Shown here: one piece after another, positions 1-11,763 of the stretch
How the letters are laid out: the number at the start of each line of letters is the position of its first letter
Position numbering within the stretch: the stretch's first letter is position 1
Translations under genes and position numbers: made by a program
Notes under the pieces: generated by a model
The model's database searches: none
What the model saw: the letters and a program-made list of their open reading frames with translations, nothing else
What the model was told of the DNA's origin: nothing
NCBI GenBank assembly: GCA_951406725.2
Contig: OX597818.1
Coordinates: forward strand, 118,482,001-118,546,000
DNA: 64,000 bases
DNA from: Octopus vulgaris
Lineage: Eukaryota
Direction: 5' to 3'

Positions 1-1
1 A

Positions 2-235
2 CGTAGATGCACACTGCATCGACAACAGATTGCATTCCCAGAATATAGAATGATACCTTTTAGTGAACACATTGAGAAAAGCGCAAAGCAACTACAACCA
101 CAATTTTTAATCTTTCCATTTTACCAATGTGCTTTCGGATCATCATCACAAATTAGACTAAATAAGGAAACATTCTTCATTGAAAAGTACAAACCCAGAC
201 TCAACTATCCGAACTCAATAATACAGAGAAATTGA
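2..235 (+). pseudogene. Penelope-like element GIY-YIG endonuclease, C-terminal fragment (runs off window start)
   Basis: Frame reads RRCTLHRQQIAFPEYRMIPFSEHIEK...FLIFPFYQ...RLNKETFFIEKYKPRLN, matching the R..H / H / E..FI...KP.LN pattern of PLE GIY-YIG domains; followed by a hammerhead-like motif at 369-407. Confidence 0.75.
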
Positions 236-368
236 CACTAAAGGAAAAAAAAATTTTAAGCGATTATCTCCCTTACACCGGAAGAAATCACTCACTACTT
301 TCCCTTATTTAGAACTCTCCGTAGCAAAAATACAAGGATTACGTTATTAAAAATAAACATTAAGTCAC

Positions 369-407
369 AAGAAATTTGAAGAGCTAACTGCGAAACCGGT
401 ATTTCTT
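369..407 (+). ncRNA. Minimal type I hammerhead ribozyme-like motif (C3U variant) in PLE 3' terminus
   Basis: AAGAAA-T-TTGAAGA-GC(TAACT)GC-GAAA-CCGG-TA-TTTCTT: stem I AAGAAA/TTTCTT, stem II GC/GC, palindromic stem III ACCGGT. Confidence 0.5.
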
Positions 408-540
408 TAAAAATTATAAAATTATGTCATTTTAAGGAGGGAAAAAATTTTTCCAATATTCTCCAGACATTTTGACGCAAATATATATATTTTTTAACAT
501 TTAAGCCTTCTGTCGTTTTTTTTTCACTCTTTACTATTTT

Positions 541-583
<43 letters not shown>

Positions 584-866
584 ATCTATATCTATCTATC
601 TATATCCACATCTATCTATCTATATATGTATATATATATTTATATATATATAGACATAGATCCATATTGTGTAAATACATCTACTTTCATAATATACTCC
701 GTATGAAATCTCGCGATGCACTGATTATATAGGTCATGTCTCTCGTGTCCGGATACTTACGTTGGTAATTTTTTCATCGGAGTTCGTATAATTGATTCAC
801 GGACAGTCAGTTGAGTTACCCGTAAAGTACGCTTAGCCTCCTATAGAAATTTGTCAACGGATAGAT

Positions 867-1924
867 ACAAGGTGCCCCAAATTTAACTATTTCAGTGTCA
901 TCGGGCATGTTTTTTAAACCCCACTTTATATTTTAAAAGGGTATAAATTTCTAATTTTATTTCACAATCTTATAAGTTTTATAAATTCTTATAATTTTAT
1001 TTTCGTCCCTCTTGGATTTCACTTATTAGTCCACGATAGGTTTTTTCAAAAAGTTTGGTTCCAATTATTTTCTCTACTTCCATAGTATTTAAATATATTT
1101 CTTTATTGCCCACAAGGGGCTAAACATAGAGAGGACAAACAGCGACAGACAAAGGGATTAAGTCGATTACATCGACATCAGTGCGAAACTGGTACTTTTA
1201 TTTATCGACCCCGAAAGGATGAAAGGCAAAGTCGACCACGGCGGAATTTGAACTCAGAACGTAACGACAGACGAAATAGCCATTTCTTTACTATCCACAA
1301 GGGGCTAAACACAGAGTGAAGAAACAAGTACAGGCAAACGGATTAAGTCGATTACATCGACTCCAGTGCGTAATTGGTACTTAATTTATCGACCCCGAAA
1401 GGATGAAAGGCAAAGTCGACCTCGGCGGAATTTGAACTCAGAACGTAGCAGCAGACGAAATACCGCTAAGCATTTCGCCCGGCGCGCTAATGTGTCTACC
1501 AGTATTTAAATAGGTTAGCTTGAAGCCACCGCACTGAACACTCATTGTGAACAAATAAAATACTCTATACGATATATGGATTACAAATGAATCAACGGAA
1601 AAGGTAAGAAATATCGTGAAATTTGGATAATCTGACTCGTCTATACCAACATAATTTGGCTAGAAAATAGTCTAGCTAAATTTTTTAAATTAAATCAGTT
1701 AGCTTTGCAGGCGATAATACCTGAAATGCTTCAAAATGTGTTACACAATGCTAAGGATAGATTTGAAATTTGCATAAATACAGAAGGAGTACGTATTGAA
1801 GAATTTCAAGTTCTGACGAAAGCTTTACAAATCTATGTCTTGGTATTATAAAATTCGGTCAGTTTTTTTTTTTTAATTTGCACAATTCCATTAAAATATA
1901 TAATTAATTCTGGGTCACCCTGTA
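867..1924 (+). mobile_element. Decayed Tc1/mariner-superfamily DNA transposon (CAGGGTG-type TIR) with nested SINE dimer
   Basis: TA-CAAGGTGCCCCAAATTTAACT at 867 is an imperfect inverted repeat of AATTAATTCTGGGTCACCCTG-TA at 1902-1924; ~1713-1805 translates IIPEMLQNVLHNAKDRFEICINTEGVRIEE, a typical transposase C-terminus. Confidence 0.65.
1096..1502 (-). mobile_element. tRNA-derived SINE family A, 2-unit tandem array, 5'-truncated
   Basis: Two ~180-bp bodies (B-box GAGTTCAAATTCC, core GCCTTTCATCCTTTCGGGGTCGATAAA resembling the MetaSINE domain); 12-bp TSD AGTATTTAAATA at 1084-1095 and 1501-1512. Confidence 0.9.
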
Positions 1925-3091
1925 TTTCCCGTAATTATTTTAACTCTTTCCCTTCTCTTCCTTGGTTCGTCTATTGTTTCGCACGTTCTCTCTCATTTTA
2001 ATAGTATCTAGAGTTAGAAGTCAGGAACGGAGATATCTCCCCGCTGGAAATGCAAACCTCTCTAAAGGAAATGCATTACACTTGGATATAGATTAGTTCT
2101 TCCTTCCGAAAGAGAAGTGGCTCCTCGTGCCATTGAACATTTTGTCCGGGTTGCTAACGATTCGGCCAGCTTGCTCCTCAAAGAAGTTTCTATCACTTCA
2201 TTTTCTGTTATTCATAAAGGAATTTTGCGGTCAATTGGTTACGTCTCCGAATGGCGCAAATTTTATAGATATTCAATATCTCTATAACTAAACACGCCCT
2301 ATTAGGCAAAATAACCGTCATAGTGCTAAAACCATGGGTTCAAACTACTTTTTCCGGAGACCATTGATTTTACAATATTAGTAATTTCTTGTGAAACATT
2401 ACGAGAAACAGTTTTCATGACATATAACTTATTTTGTGTTTTGCAATCCCCCGCAATAGGGAATAAAATGCACATGACACTACATCCACTCTGCTCTTTG
2501 TTGCATAGCATTAGAAAATGCCCCATGACTTTTATATAGTACTTTATTTTCTCACATGTGCTTCATTTAGAGTAATGAAAGAAGACTAATCTTATGAAAA
2601 AATTACTTCAACGCCTGCATCATTTCAACAAATTATTTTACATTTTGAATTATTTTCCTGCTTTGAATATATACATCCGAATTCGTTCATTTATGCAATT
2701 ATCGAATATGACAAAACGCTGCGAATGTTATTGGAGTTGGCATTTTGTTTTCAAAACAGCGAAAGTCAAGTTTAGTGTATTTCCCGAAATTCATTAAAAC
2801 ATTTTTTTTTTTCAGTTTTCAGACACAGAACGTTCAGTTTCTAAATTTCTTTCTTTTCCACAGTTAAACTGCTCCCTTTCTAAAGGAACACATTTAACGG
2901 TTGTATGAATAGATGACAAACGTTTTTCAACTAGTCTGGTGGTTATTAACTTTGCAGATAAGTTATAATAGTTATAATTATGTATCTGCGAATCACTTTC
3001 TTAAATACATATACATGCATACACATATACACACACACATATATAAATGTATATATCATATGTATGTATGTATATAAATGAATATATTTTT

Positions 3092-3303
3092 TTTTCTACT
3101 CTAGACACAAGGCCCGAAATTTGTTGGGAGGGGAGCCAGTCGATTAGGTCGAACGCAGTACGCAACTGGTACTTCATCTATCGATACCGAAAGGATGAAA
3201 TGCAAAGTCGACCTTGGCGGAATTTGAACTCAGATCGTAAACACAGACGAATGGCCGCTAAGCATTTCACCGGGCATGCTAACGTTTCTGCCAGCTCGCT
3301 GCC
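3092..3303 (-). mobile_element. SINE family A head/core with alternative tail B
   Basis: Same head and core as family A, but the 3' tail reads ...TTTCGGGCCTTGTGTCTAGAGTAGAAA on the minus strand. Confidence 0.8.
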
Positions 3304-3305
3304 AT

Positions 3306-3335
3306 CATACACACACACACACACACAGACACACA

Positions 3336-3387
<52 letters not shown>

Positions 3388-3394
3388 AGTACAA

Positions 3395-3444
<50 letters not shown>

Positions 3445-3470
3445 GCACAGAGAAACAGACAGATACAGAT
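3306..3470. repeat. Compound (CA)n/(TA)n microsatellite
   Basis: Directly visible; source of the HTHT/YIYI ORFs. Confidence 0.95.
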
Positions 3471-3785
3471 CTATAAGCCTGTCTACTTGTCTGTTTGTCA
3501 TGCTGACATAAGTAAAACTTGATATCACCATGACGAATTTAAGATCAGATATATGGTTTCATTGATGTAGAGTAAATATTCACTTCATTAAATATTGGGA
3601 AATATATTCATAAATAAAATACAGACTTAACCGGTTTTTTATATACCTAATTCTTAGATGATGGCAATAGCGACATCGAGACAGAAGCCTGGTTCTACAG
3701 CTAATACTTCAAAAGGCCAACAGAAATGTTAATACTAACAACAAAATCATATAGAATAATAAAGTGAAGACGAGCAGGTGACCAC

Positions 3786-3935
3786 GATGATGATGATGAT
3801 AGTAGTAGTGCTGGCGGTGTTGACGGTGGCAGTAGCGGGATTAGCGGTGGTGTGGTGATGGTCGTGGTGACGGTGATTAATAATGAATAATGTGATTGAT
3901 GGTAACGATGGCCAAAATGATGGAGTAGATGATGA
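3786..3935. repeat. Degenerate (GAT/GGT/GTA)n trinucleotide tract
   Basis: gatgatgatgatagtagtagtg...ggtgatggtcgtggtgacggtga. Confidence 0.8.
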
Positions 3936-4159
3936 AGTGATTAGCCACGAAAAAAGAAGGCTCATGTCTATTAAAGCCCTTAACCTTTCACTATAAATAT
4001 AATAGTATTAGACTGTATTCGAAATCATGATTCGATCTCATGATTTAAATCTACACATTGTAACAAACATGTTTATTCGTTAATAAGCATCCTAAAATGG
4101 CATCCTAAAATGGCATCCTGTTGCGATAAAAAAACTAGTATCAAATATTATTATTTTTC

Positions 4160-4226
4160 ATGTCACTACTTGGAATCGAACTCGGAATCTTGGAGTTAAT
4201 AGTCCGCGCTCTTAACCACTAACCGG
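4160..4226 (-). mobile_element. tRNA-like SINE head fragment
   Basis: Minus strand GGTTAGTGGTTAAGAGCGCGGACT...GAGTTCGATTCC has A/B-box-like elements but no complete cloverleaf. Confidence 0.55.
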
Positions 4227-4250
4227 TGTGCTTATAATCGTAATAACTGA

Positions 4251-4513
4251 AGTCGCGTGGCTTAGTGGTTACGGTATTTGGCTCGGGATTGTAGGATTGC
4301 GAGTTCGATTTCAGGTGGCGCGTTGAGGCCTTGAGCAAGACATTTTATTTCACGGTGCAAAATGTGTAGTACGTGTATTCTCCCTGAACATTATGTGAAG
4401 ATGTACGCGTTCCTGATGAGTGCTCAGCCCCTTGCACGCTAATCTCACAAGCAAGCTGTTCCGTTCATCGGATCAACTGGAACCTGCGTCGTCGTAAGCA
4501 ACAGACAGTCAGT
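4251..4513 (+). mobile_element. tRNA-derived SINE with CORE-like segment, diverged
   Basis: A-box GTGGCTTAGTGGTTA, B-box GAGTTCGATTTC, CORE-like GCCTTGAGCAAGACATTT. Confidence 0.65.
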
Positions 4514-5815
4514 AATAAACGTTTACGCTGAGTGGTTGGAGCTGTAACCGTACTGTCAAGAAGAGCTATTTGTGTTATTAGCAGCTACAAACTTCCAAAA
4601 TAATTCAACGCTAGACAGCAAAAATATAGTTGGACACTTTTTAAAATTTTCTAGAGAAATATATTGCCTTTAGAGTAAGTTATATGCTGAACCATTCACA
4701 CTGCAAAAGAGTAACGGGTATATATTTATATGTATGTATACACGCGCACACACAAAGGCATACACACACATATGTGTATATGTTTGTGTGTGTGTGCGTG
4801 TGTGTGTGTGTAAAAAATTAACAGGGAAATCGGAAATTAGGACGTTATATCATGGACCTCATTAGCTTACAGATGTAACGTATGCATAAATTAGTATTTG
4901 TGTATCATACTACATCTTCACGGGATCTTTAAAAATGAAGTGCAGTTTTATTTGTGAAAGCATTTTATTCATATTCATGCACAGAAAATCATTACCATCG
5001 AAGAAAGCATAACCATATGTAGGCAATGAAGATAGGAATTTGAGGGAGAGAAGCCCCTCCCAGAAGTAAATCAAGATAAAATTTCATGGGTGTCTCTCTA
5101 TATATATATATGTACGCATACATACATACATACCTAAATGTGTATGTATGTATATATGTATGTGTGTATAATTATAGGCATAAAGAAGTAGCAAAAGAAT
5201 ATATAAATATAAATATGTGAGACGATGTAATTTTTTTTTTTTTTTGTATGATGAACCTCGAAGGGAGATTTCAAATGACACAAAGTAATCCCGAAACAGA
5301 CATTTTTGTAGATATATATGACATAAGATGTTTAAATACCTCATGAAATATTTGTTACTAATTACAGCACCCGTCACAAGAAGCAAGTTTGCCGGGGGAA
5401 ATTAAATATTTGAGATATATTTTCCGACATAGTCGTAAAGAGAGAGACTAATTGTGTTACTGTTCTGCGATAGCAACAGTTGTTTATTTGCGTCAGCTCA
5501 ACTCCCAAGTGTAGGCGTCTTCACACCAAGCTTTGCTGCTTAAAAACCATTCAAGAAATAATGGATATTAACACTAAAGCGTATTCAAGATAAAAGAATC
5601 TTGAGAATTTCATTTCATGATTTATCAACTTCTTTGTCTGATGTACACATTGTTATATAATATATATTTTCGACTTAGTATTACTTTTTTTGTTAAATAT
5701 TTTAACGTTTTCAATATACGATTTTACGTTTCGTCCATATTGATCTCTCCTATTTACTCCGAGATTTCACATTTTGCCTCACCTATTCTGCCATGCTTTC
5801 TCTTGTCTCTTTTGC

Positions 5816-5862
<47 letters not shown>

Positions 5863-6069
5863 CGCACACACACACACACATATAGAATTTAGAGACAAAC
5901 CACTATTTAGTTATTCAATCAATACTGAAAAGATGAAAAGGTATTATCTATAATACCCACATAAAAATTAATTAAATAAATTATAATTATTAATCTAGAA
6001 ATCACAAAACAAATCAAACAATAAATCGACTACTTGTGTTTCCTGACTATATAATATATACATATATAC

Positions 6070-6122
<53 letters not shown>

Positions 6123-6242
6123 TAGATAGATATATAGATATAATATACTATATTATAATATATTACATATGTATATATATATATATACATATATATGTAT
6201 ATATATATATATGTATATATATGATATACTATAATATATTAC

Positions 6243-6273
<31 letters not shown>

Positions 6274-6961
6274 GGTGCGTGTGTGTGTATAAATGCATAC
6301 AAGTGTATATATGTATATATATTTACGCACACACAAACACATACACGCATGTATAAATAATTACAGAAAATGTAACACCCATATACAACTCTATGAAAAT
6401 ATTTCGTTTACTTATTTATTACTCGGGAACTTCACTAAAATTTCTTGCAAAATCTTTGGAGAAACGTTGCTTGACATATATCTTTTTATGTGTTTTATAC
6501 AATATGTAGAAAACTACTTTTCTTATCCTCATCCAGTTCTGTCAACAAACTTATATTAAATGATAGATTCATGAATGCGAAACATTCCAATAGAGAAAGA
6601 GAAATATCAGCCGTTCCAAAAATGACGTTAATGAATACAAGAAAGCGTCTCTCTTTAATTTTCTCATCCATAAACATTATTTAAACAACTGAGCAACGTT
6701 CAAAAGTACATCATCTTGCAGTTATAAAACGTATGCATTTTTATATTATTAATGCCTCTTATATTTACTTTATAAAATTCCAAATGTCTTACACAGTGAG
6801 AATTTAATATTTGTATGAAGGCCAAAAAAATTACCATATTTGATAGTAAGGATGTTCTTTAGAGTATTCCATACGGACTGTGGCACACTGTTGAGAAACA
6901 ACTTTTGTAACGCCCCAACGAAGGAGCAAATATCCTGTCGCTTGTTATTTTATATATATAT

Positions 6962-7406
<445 letters not shown>

Positions 7407-7527
7407 ATATATATAGCCAAATATGCTGAAATTGGACATATTGTCCATAACCATATATTTTCTTCACAATATGCACGCTACTCGAAAAAAGGTAGAAAGA
7501 AATTTCTAAAAAATTCCATTATTACCA

Positions 7528-7580
7528 TATCCGACCGATTTCAGGGTTAGTTCATAAGGACCCTCCCTTCGCCAGTGATA
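7528..7580 (-). ncRNA. Minimal type I hammerhead ribozyme-like motif (A6G variant) in PLE terminus
   Basis: Minus strand TATCA-CTGGCGA-AGGG(18 nt)CCCT-GAAA-TCGG-TC-GGATA; lies 3' of the GIY-YIG fragment. Confidence 0.5.
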
Positions 7581-7704
7581 AATATGGCAAAGAAATAAAT
7601 GAGATACTTATCGCACCCGTGGAAGAAGCAAAACACTAAGCCATGAGCACAACTAAGTACCTCAAATACATATATATATTTATTACTAATTGGACAGCCA
7701 TGAA

Positions 7705-7845
7705 ACGATCGTAGTTTCCAAATGTACTTGCTAAGTCTAGTGGAGTTAATTAAGTTTTTATTTTTAAATGAATTCATATGTTGTGCGATTCTTAATTTTA
7801 TTTTAGAGGAAGTGGACCCTATATATATATATTGCGTTTGAGTTA
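7705..7845 (-). pseudogene. Penelope-like GIY-YIG endonuclease fragment
   Basis: TQYIYIGSTSSKIKLRIAQHMNSFKNKNLINSTRLSKYIWKLR matches YIG.T...K.R...H..SF......ST.LSKYIW.L. Confidence 0.75.
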
Positions 7846-8149
7846 TTATTATTATTATTATTATTATTATTCTCATCGTGTAATGTAACTATACATTTAT
7901 ACGCTACATCGTTAATATCACATTTATTATTTAATTTACATTTAGTTTTATCTCTACATGTACAGTTAATTAGTGTCTTATCTTTATTATTGGTATTATT
8001 ATATAATTTATTTTTATATATAATAATTTACTCATTATCTTTTAATACGTTTGATATATATTTAAAATAATATAAATTAATTAATTTTATGTATTGGCTT
8101 AAGTTTTTCATTGTTTGATTTGCCTAATAGTGGTTTTATCTATAATTTA

Positions 8150-8191
<42 letters not shown>

Positions 8192-8295
8192 GTCTCACGT
8201 CCGCTGTGCCATATACTATCGTTTTATACTTTCGCATATTATTTTTGGCAGAAGAGAAAGTCAGTACCCATCGCCTTTTAATATTTCTTATAATT

Positions 8296-8513
8296 AAGGC
8301 TGTGAGCTGGCAGAATGGTTAACACGCGGGGCAAAATGCTTTACAGCATTTCGTCCGACTTTACATTTAGAGTTCAAATTGCACTGAGGTCGAATCTGCT
8401 TTTTATCCTTTCGAAGCCGATTGAATAAGTACTAGTTATACACTGGTTTCTATCTAATCGATTAGCCCACACCCCTTGAAAATGCTGGTCTTGTGCCAAA
8501 TTTGAAACCAATA
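8296..8513 (+). mobile_element. SINE family A head/core with tail C
   Basis: Diverged head and core, tail ...GCTGGTCTTGTGCCAAATTTGAAACC; 13-bp TSD AATATTTCTTATA at 8280-8292 and 8510-8522. Confidence 0.8.
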
Positions 8514-8747
8514 TTTCTTATACACGAAGGCAATTGAAAGGAGTGGAGAGATTTCACTGAAACCGAGAACCATGTTATACTACTTTTTTTCCAAAGTTTT
8601 ATACAAAATAGAATCACTAAAAACCAGGTGCTGATCTGAAATTGCACCACAACCCAACAATGAAGAAATGTAAAAGTTTGATGTTATGCTGATGCTCGTA
8701 GTCCTGCTAATCCCGCTAATCCTGCTAATCTATTACTTTCGGTTATT

Positions 8748-9105
8748 CTTTTACTGTTTACTTGTTTCAGTCATTTGACAGCGGCCATGCTGGAGCACCG
8801 CCTTTAGTCGAGCAAATCTACCCAAGGACTTATTCTTTGTAAGCATAGTACTTATTCTATTGGTCTTTTTCGCCGAACCGCTAAGTAAACACGCCAGCAT
8901 CAGTTGTCAAGCGATGTTAGGGGGACAAAGACAGACATAGAAACATACACGCACGCATACATATATATATATAATTATATACATATATATATATATATAC
9001 ATGTATATATACATATATATATACATATATATATACATATATATACATATATATACATATATATATATATATACATATAATATATACACATATATATATA
9101 TATAC

Positions 9106-9203
<98 letters not shown>

Positions 9204-9369
9204 GTACATATATACGACGGGCTTCTTTCAGTTCCCGTCTACCAAATCCACTCACAAGGCTTTAGTCGGCCTGAGGCTACAGGAGAAGACATTCGCCCAA
9301 GGTGCCACGCAGTGGGACTGAACCCAGAACCGTGGTTGGTAAGCAAGCTACTTACCACACAGCTACTCT
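8748..9369 (-). mobile_element. SINE family E with internal (TA/TG)n microsatellite
   Basis: tRNA-like head ...GGGTTCAGTCCCACTGCGTGGCACCTTGGG, ~280-bp microsatellite, conserved tail ...CAAATGACTGAAACAAGTAAA; paralogues at 32435, 34544, 52024 and 59908. Confidence 0.85.
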
Positions 9370-9399
9370 TAATTATTAGTATCAAAATGGCCGTTAGTT

Positions 9400-11040
9400 G
9401 CCAGACAACGGAAAAGCAGGAAGATCGTCAAGTATTATTGCAAGGTCGCTGAAATTAGACAGGAAAGTATGTCTTAAATTTGATATTCAGTAATACAAGA
9501 AGCAGTATAAGTATCATACTTGCGTCGCAGTATAATCTTCAACTGCTACAAGTGCATATCATGAATTGGAAATAAGTAACCAGAGGGGAATCAATCTAAT
9601 AGACCAATTAACGAAATTCTTACGGGCGAGGAGGAAAAAACCAAATACGGAAAGAGTATGATTAGACTAGATTATGTTCTGATTTGTGACAGGCAGTAGT
9701 ACAACTGCTGCGCACTTCAGAGAGAGTTAACTGCAAGTGAAATTTTAATCTTAAACTATATGGAAAATGCTTTTGCCGGGTTGATAACACTCCCGGTTGT
9801 CAGGTGGTCGTTAAGAGAAGTGTAGCTGGATGCATTTTGAGAGCGGTGGGCGTCACGTACAGGAATGTGGTTAGCAACAAAATTATCAGTGAGCAATTAG
9901 ATATCCACGTGGTTTTCAACTCCCTTCCGTTTATGATATTTCCTCGCTCTATTACAGAAGAGCTGAAGCTAGAACTCGGCGGAAACTCTTCGATACTAAT
10001 GACATATTCATTGCAACCAAGTCATTAAACTACTCAGAAAAGAAATTAAATATGCAGAAGTAAGAATTAGGGTCAAGCGTTTTTAAGATAATCTTTATGA
10101 AGTATGCAAATTTAGTATATATTTCAGTTATGTGATAGGTGATATGGCACTACCGCGCTTATAGAAATGGTCCTGCTTGACATGCAGAATAGGGGTTTGT
10201 AGGATCTGCATACGGTGTACATGCTATGATCTATGGGTGCTGGAGAGATACAGTGGCTTTACAGACTGATTATCGTTAAATAAAATTTTGTATGTGGCAT
10301 ATATGCAGGAGTGGATAACAATTAATGCTGGAGTAACCTAAATTTTATTCTTTTCATTACAAGAGAAATTTTATACGCAATATTTGTTAGCTTATGTTAG
10401 CTGGCCAGTACACGCAGCTGAGGAGGAGGAGAAGGAGTAGGAGGAAAAGTTCTGTTAAATAGTGAGACAAAACTCAAAGAAATATAAAGAAGTCAGTTTA
10501 AATTTTCAAACGCAGGATAATGCAAATAATATAGCCTGAACAGGATAAGCTACCCCTATTTTGCAGAAAAAAGTGTTGGCGGATGGCTATGAGACTCGAA
10601 CTCACACCTCCGTGATTAAGCGTCACGGTGCTCTGGTTTCTTCCACTGTATGTTAAGCTGTATATGATAGCGTTCGGAATCTGATGCTGCATGATAATAA
10701 TACGTAGGCATCGAAAGCCAAAAATCTATGAAATGAGAAAAAAATTAAACAAATATGCTCCATTGGATATACTATGTTATTATGCATGAAAGATAAAATA
10801 CAGTTGAGGTGAGTGATAATTAAGCTTAGAAAAGAATTGCAGTTTGTGAGAATGAAGATGTCATTTGCTCAGACTTGTGATGTATATGGAGGATAATAGA
10901 GAGTAATATAGGACACCCAAGAGGAATGCTTGCGGAACTGGAACACCTAGGATGATTATGACAAAGCTATTTAAAGCTCAGATTGTACAACACCACGAAT
11001 GACGCAACTTGGTGTTTAAAATACGTCAAACCAATGTGGG
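9400..11040 (+). pseudogene. Highly decayed RTE-like LINE relic with Cys-rich (PHD-like) segment
   Basis: ~10164-10300 reads KWSCLTCRIGVCRICIRCTCYDLWVLERYSG, resembling the KWPC..C.KGVG.NSI.C..C..W.HKRCSG insert of some RTE ORFs; flanks are purine-rich with many stops; boundaries approximate. Confidence 0.45.
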
Positions 11041-11763
11041 CAAAATACTCTGACGGACAAGTGATGAATATTTATATAGGTGAACATACATAGTTGATGC
11101 ATCATACATGTAAACACAGAGGCACATTAAGTCTCCAAATATAGCATGCAACATTCGGAGTAATACAACAAAATTCAAGCAGTAAAATAATTGTTTTAAC
11201 TCCATTCTTTTTTTTTAATGATAGAATACATGAATTTGTAATAAGTAACTTCAGACGAAGAGGTATGTTATGAAGAAACTAGTAATATAACGACGGAATA
11301 TCCAACTGTAAGTTACCATAGAGTTCTTTTTAACTTCATGTTGCACACTGACACATACATTTCACGTACACACCTACACACATCGACATATAACACAAAA
11401 TAATTGGCAGATATTCTCGCTGATAACAATGTCTTTTGAAGATCAGCCTATTATGGAGGTTAATGCAACAATAACTGAATTAAGGCGACTCACGAACCGG
11501 AAAACATGTACAAAACAAAATTGAACTATTCAGTTAGTAACCCAGATTTCGAGTATTAACATGCCATTTTCTTTGAAGACAACTATTCTGCCATAACGAA
11601 TTCACTTTGTTTCCATGAGCATTATTTTAGTTATCAGAAGAAAACTTCAAACGTAACAAACTGTTATTGTTTTTACTGAAATGAGTTCAGCATATAGAAA
11701 ACAATTACTAAAAATAATTTCAAGAAATGGAAATTCACAATGTTACAACTAGAAGCAAATGCA

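Noticed and set aside
4088-4120. Short local tandem duplications (13-bp here; 9-bp at ~8702; ~23-bp at ~15068; 18-bp at ~28797; 21-bp at ~57250)
   Set aside because: Ordinary slippage duplications with no sign of function
4413-4445. CTGATGA-GTGC...GCAC hammerhead-like start
   Set aside because: Followed by GCTA rather than GAAA, no stem I or III, and lies inside a SINE body
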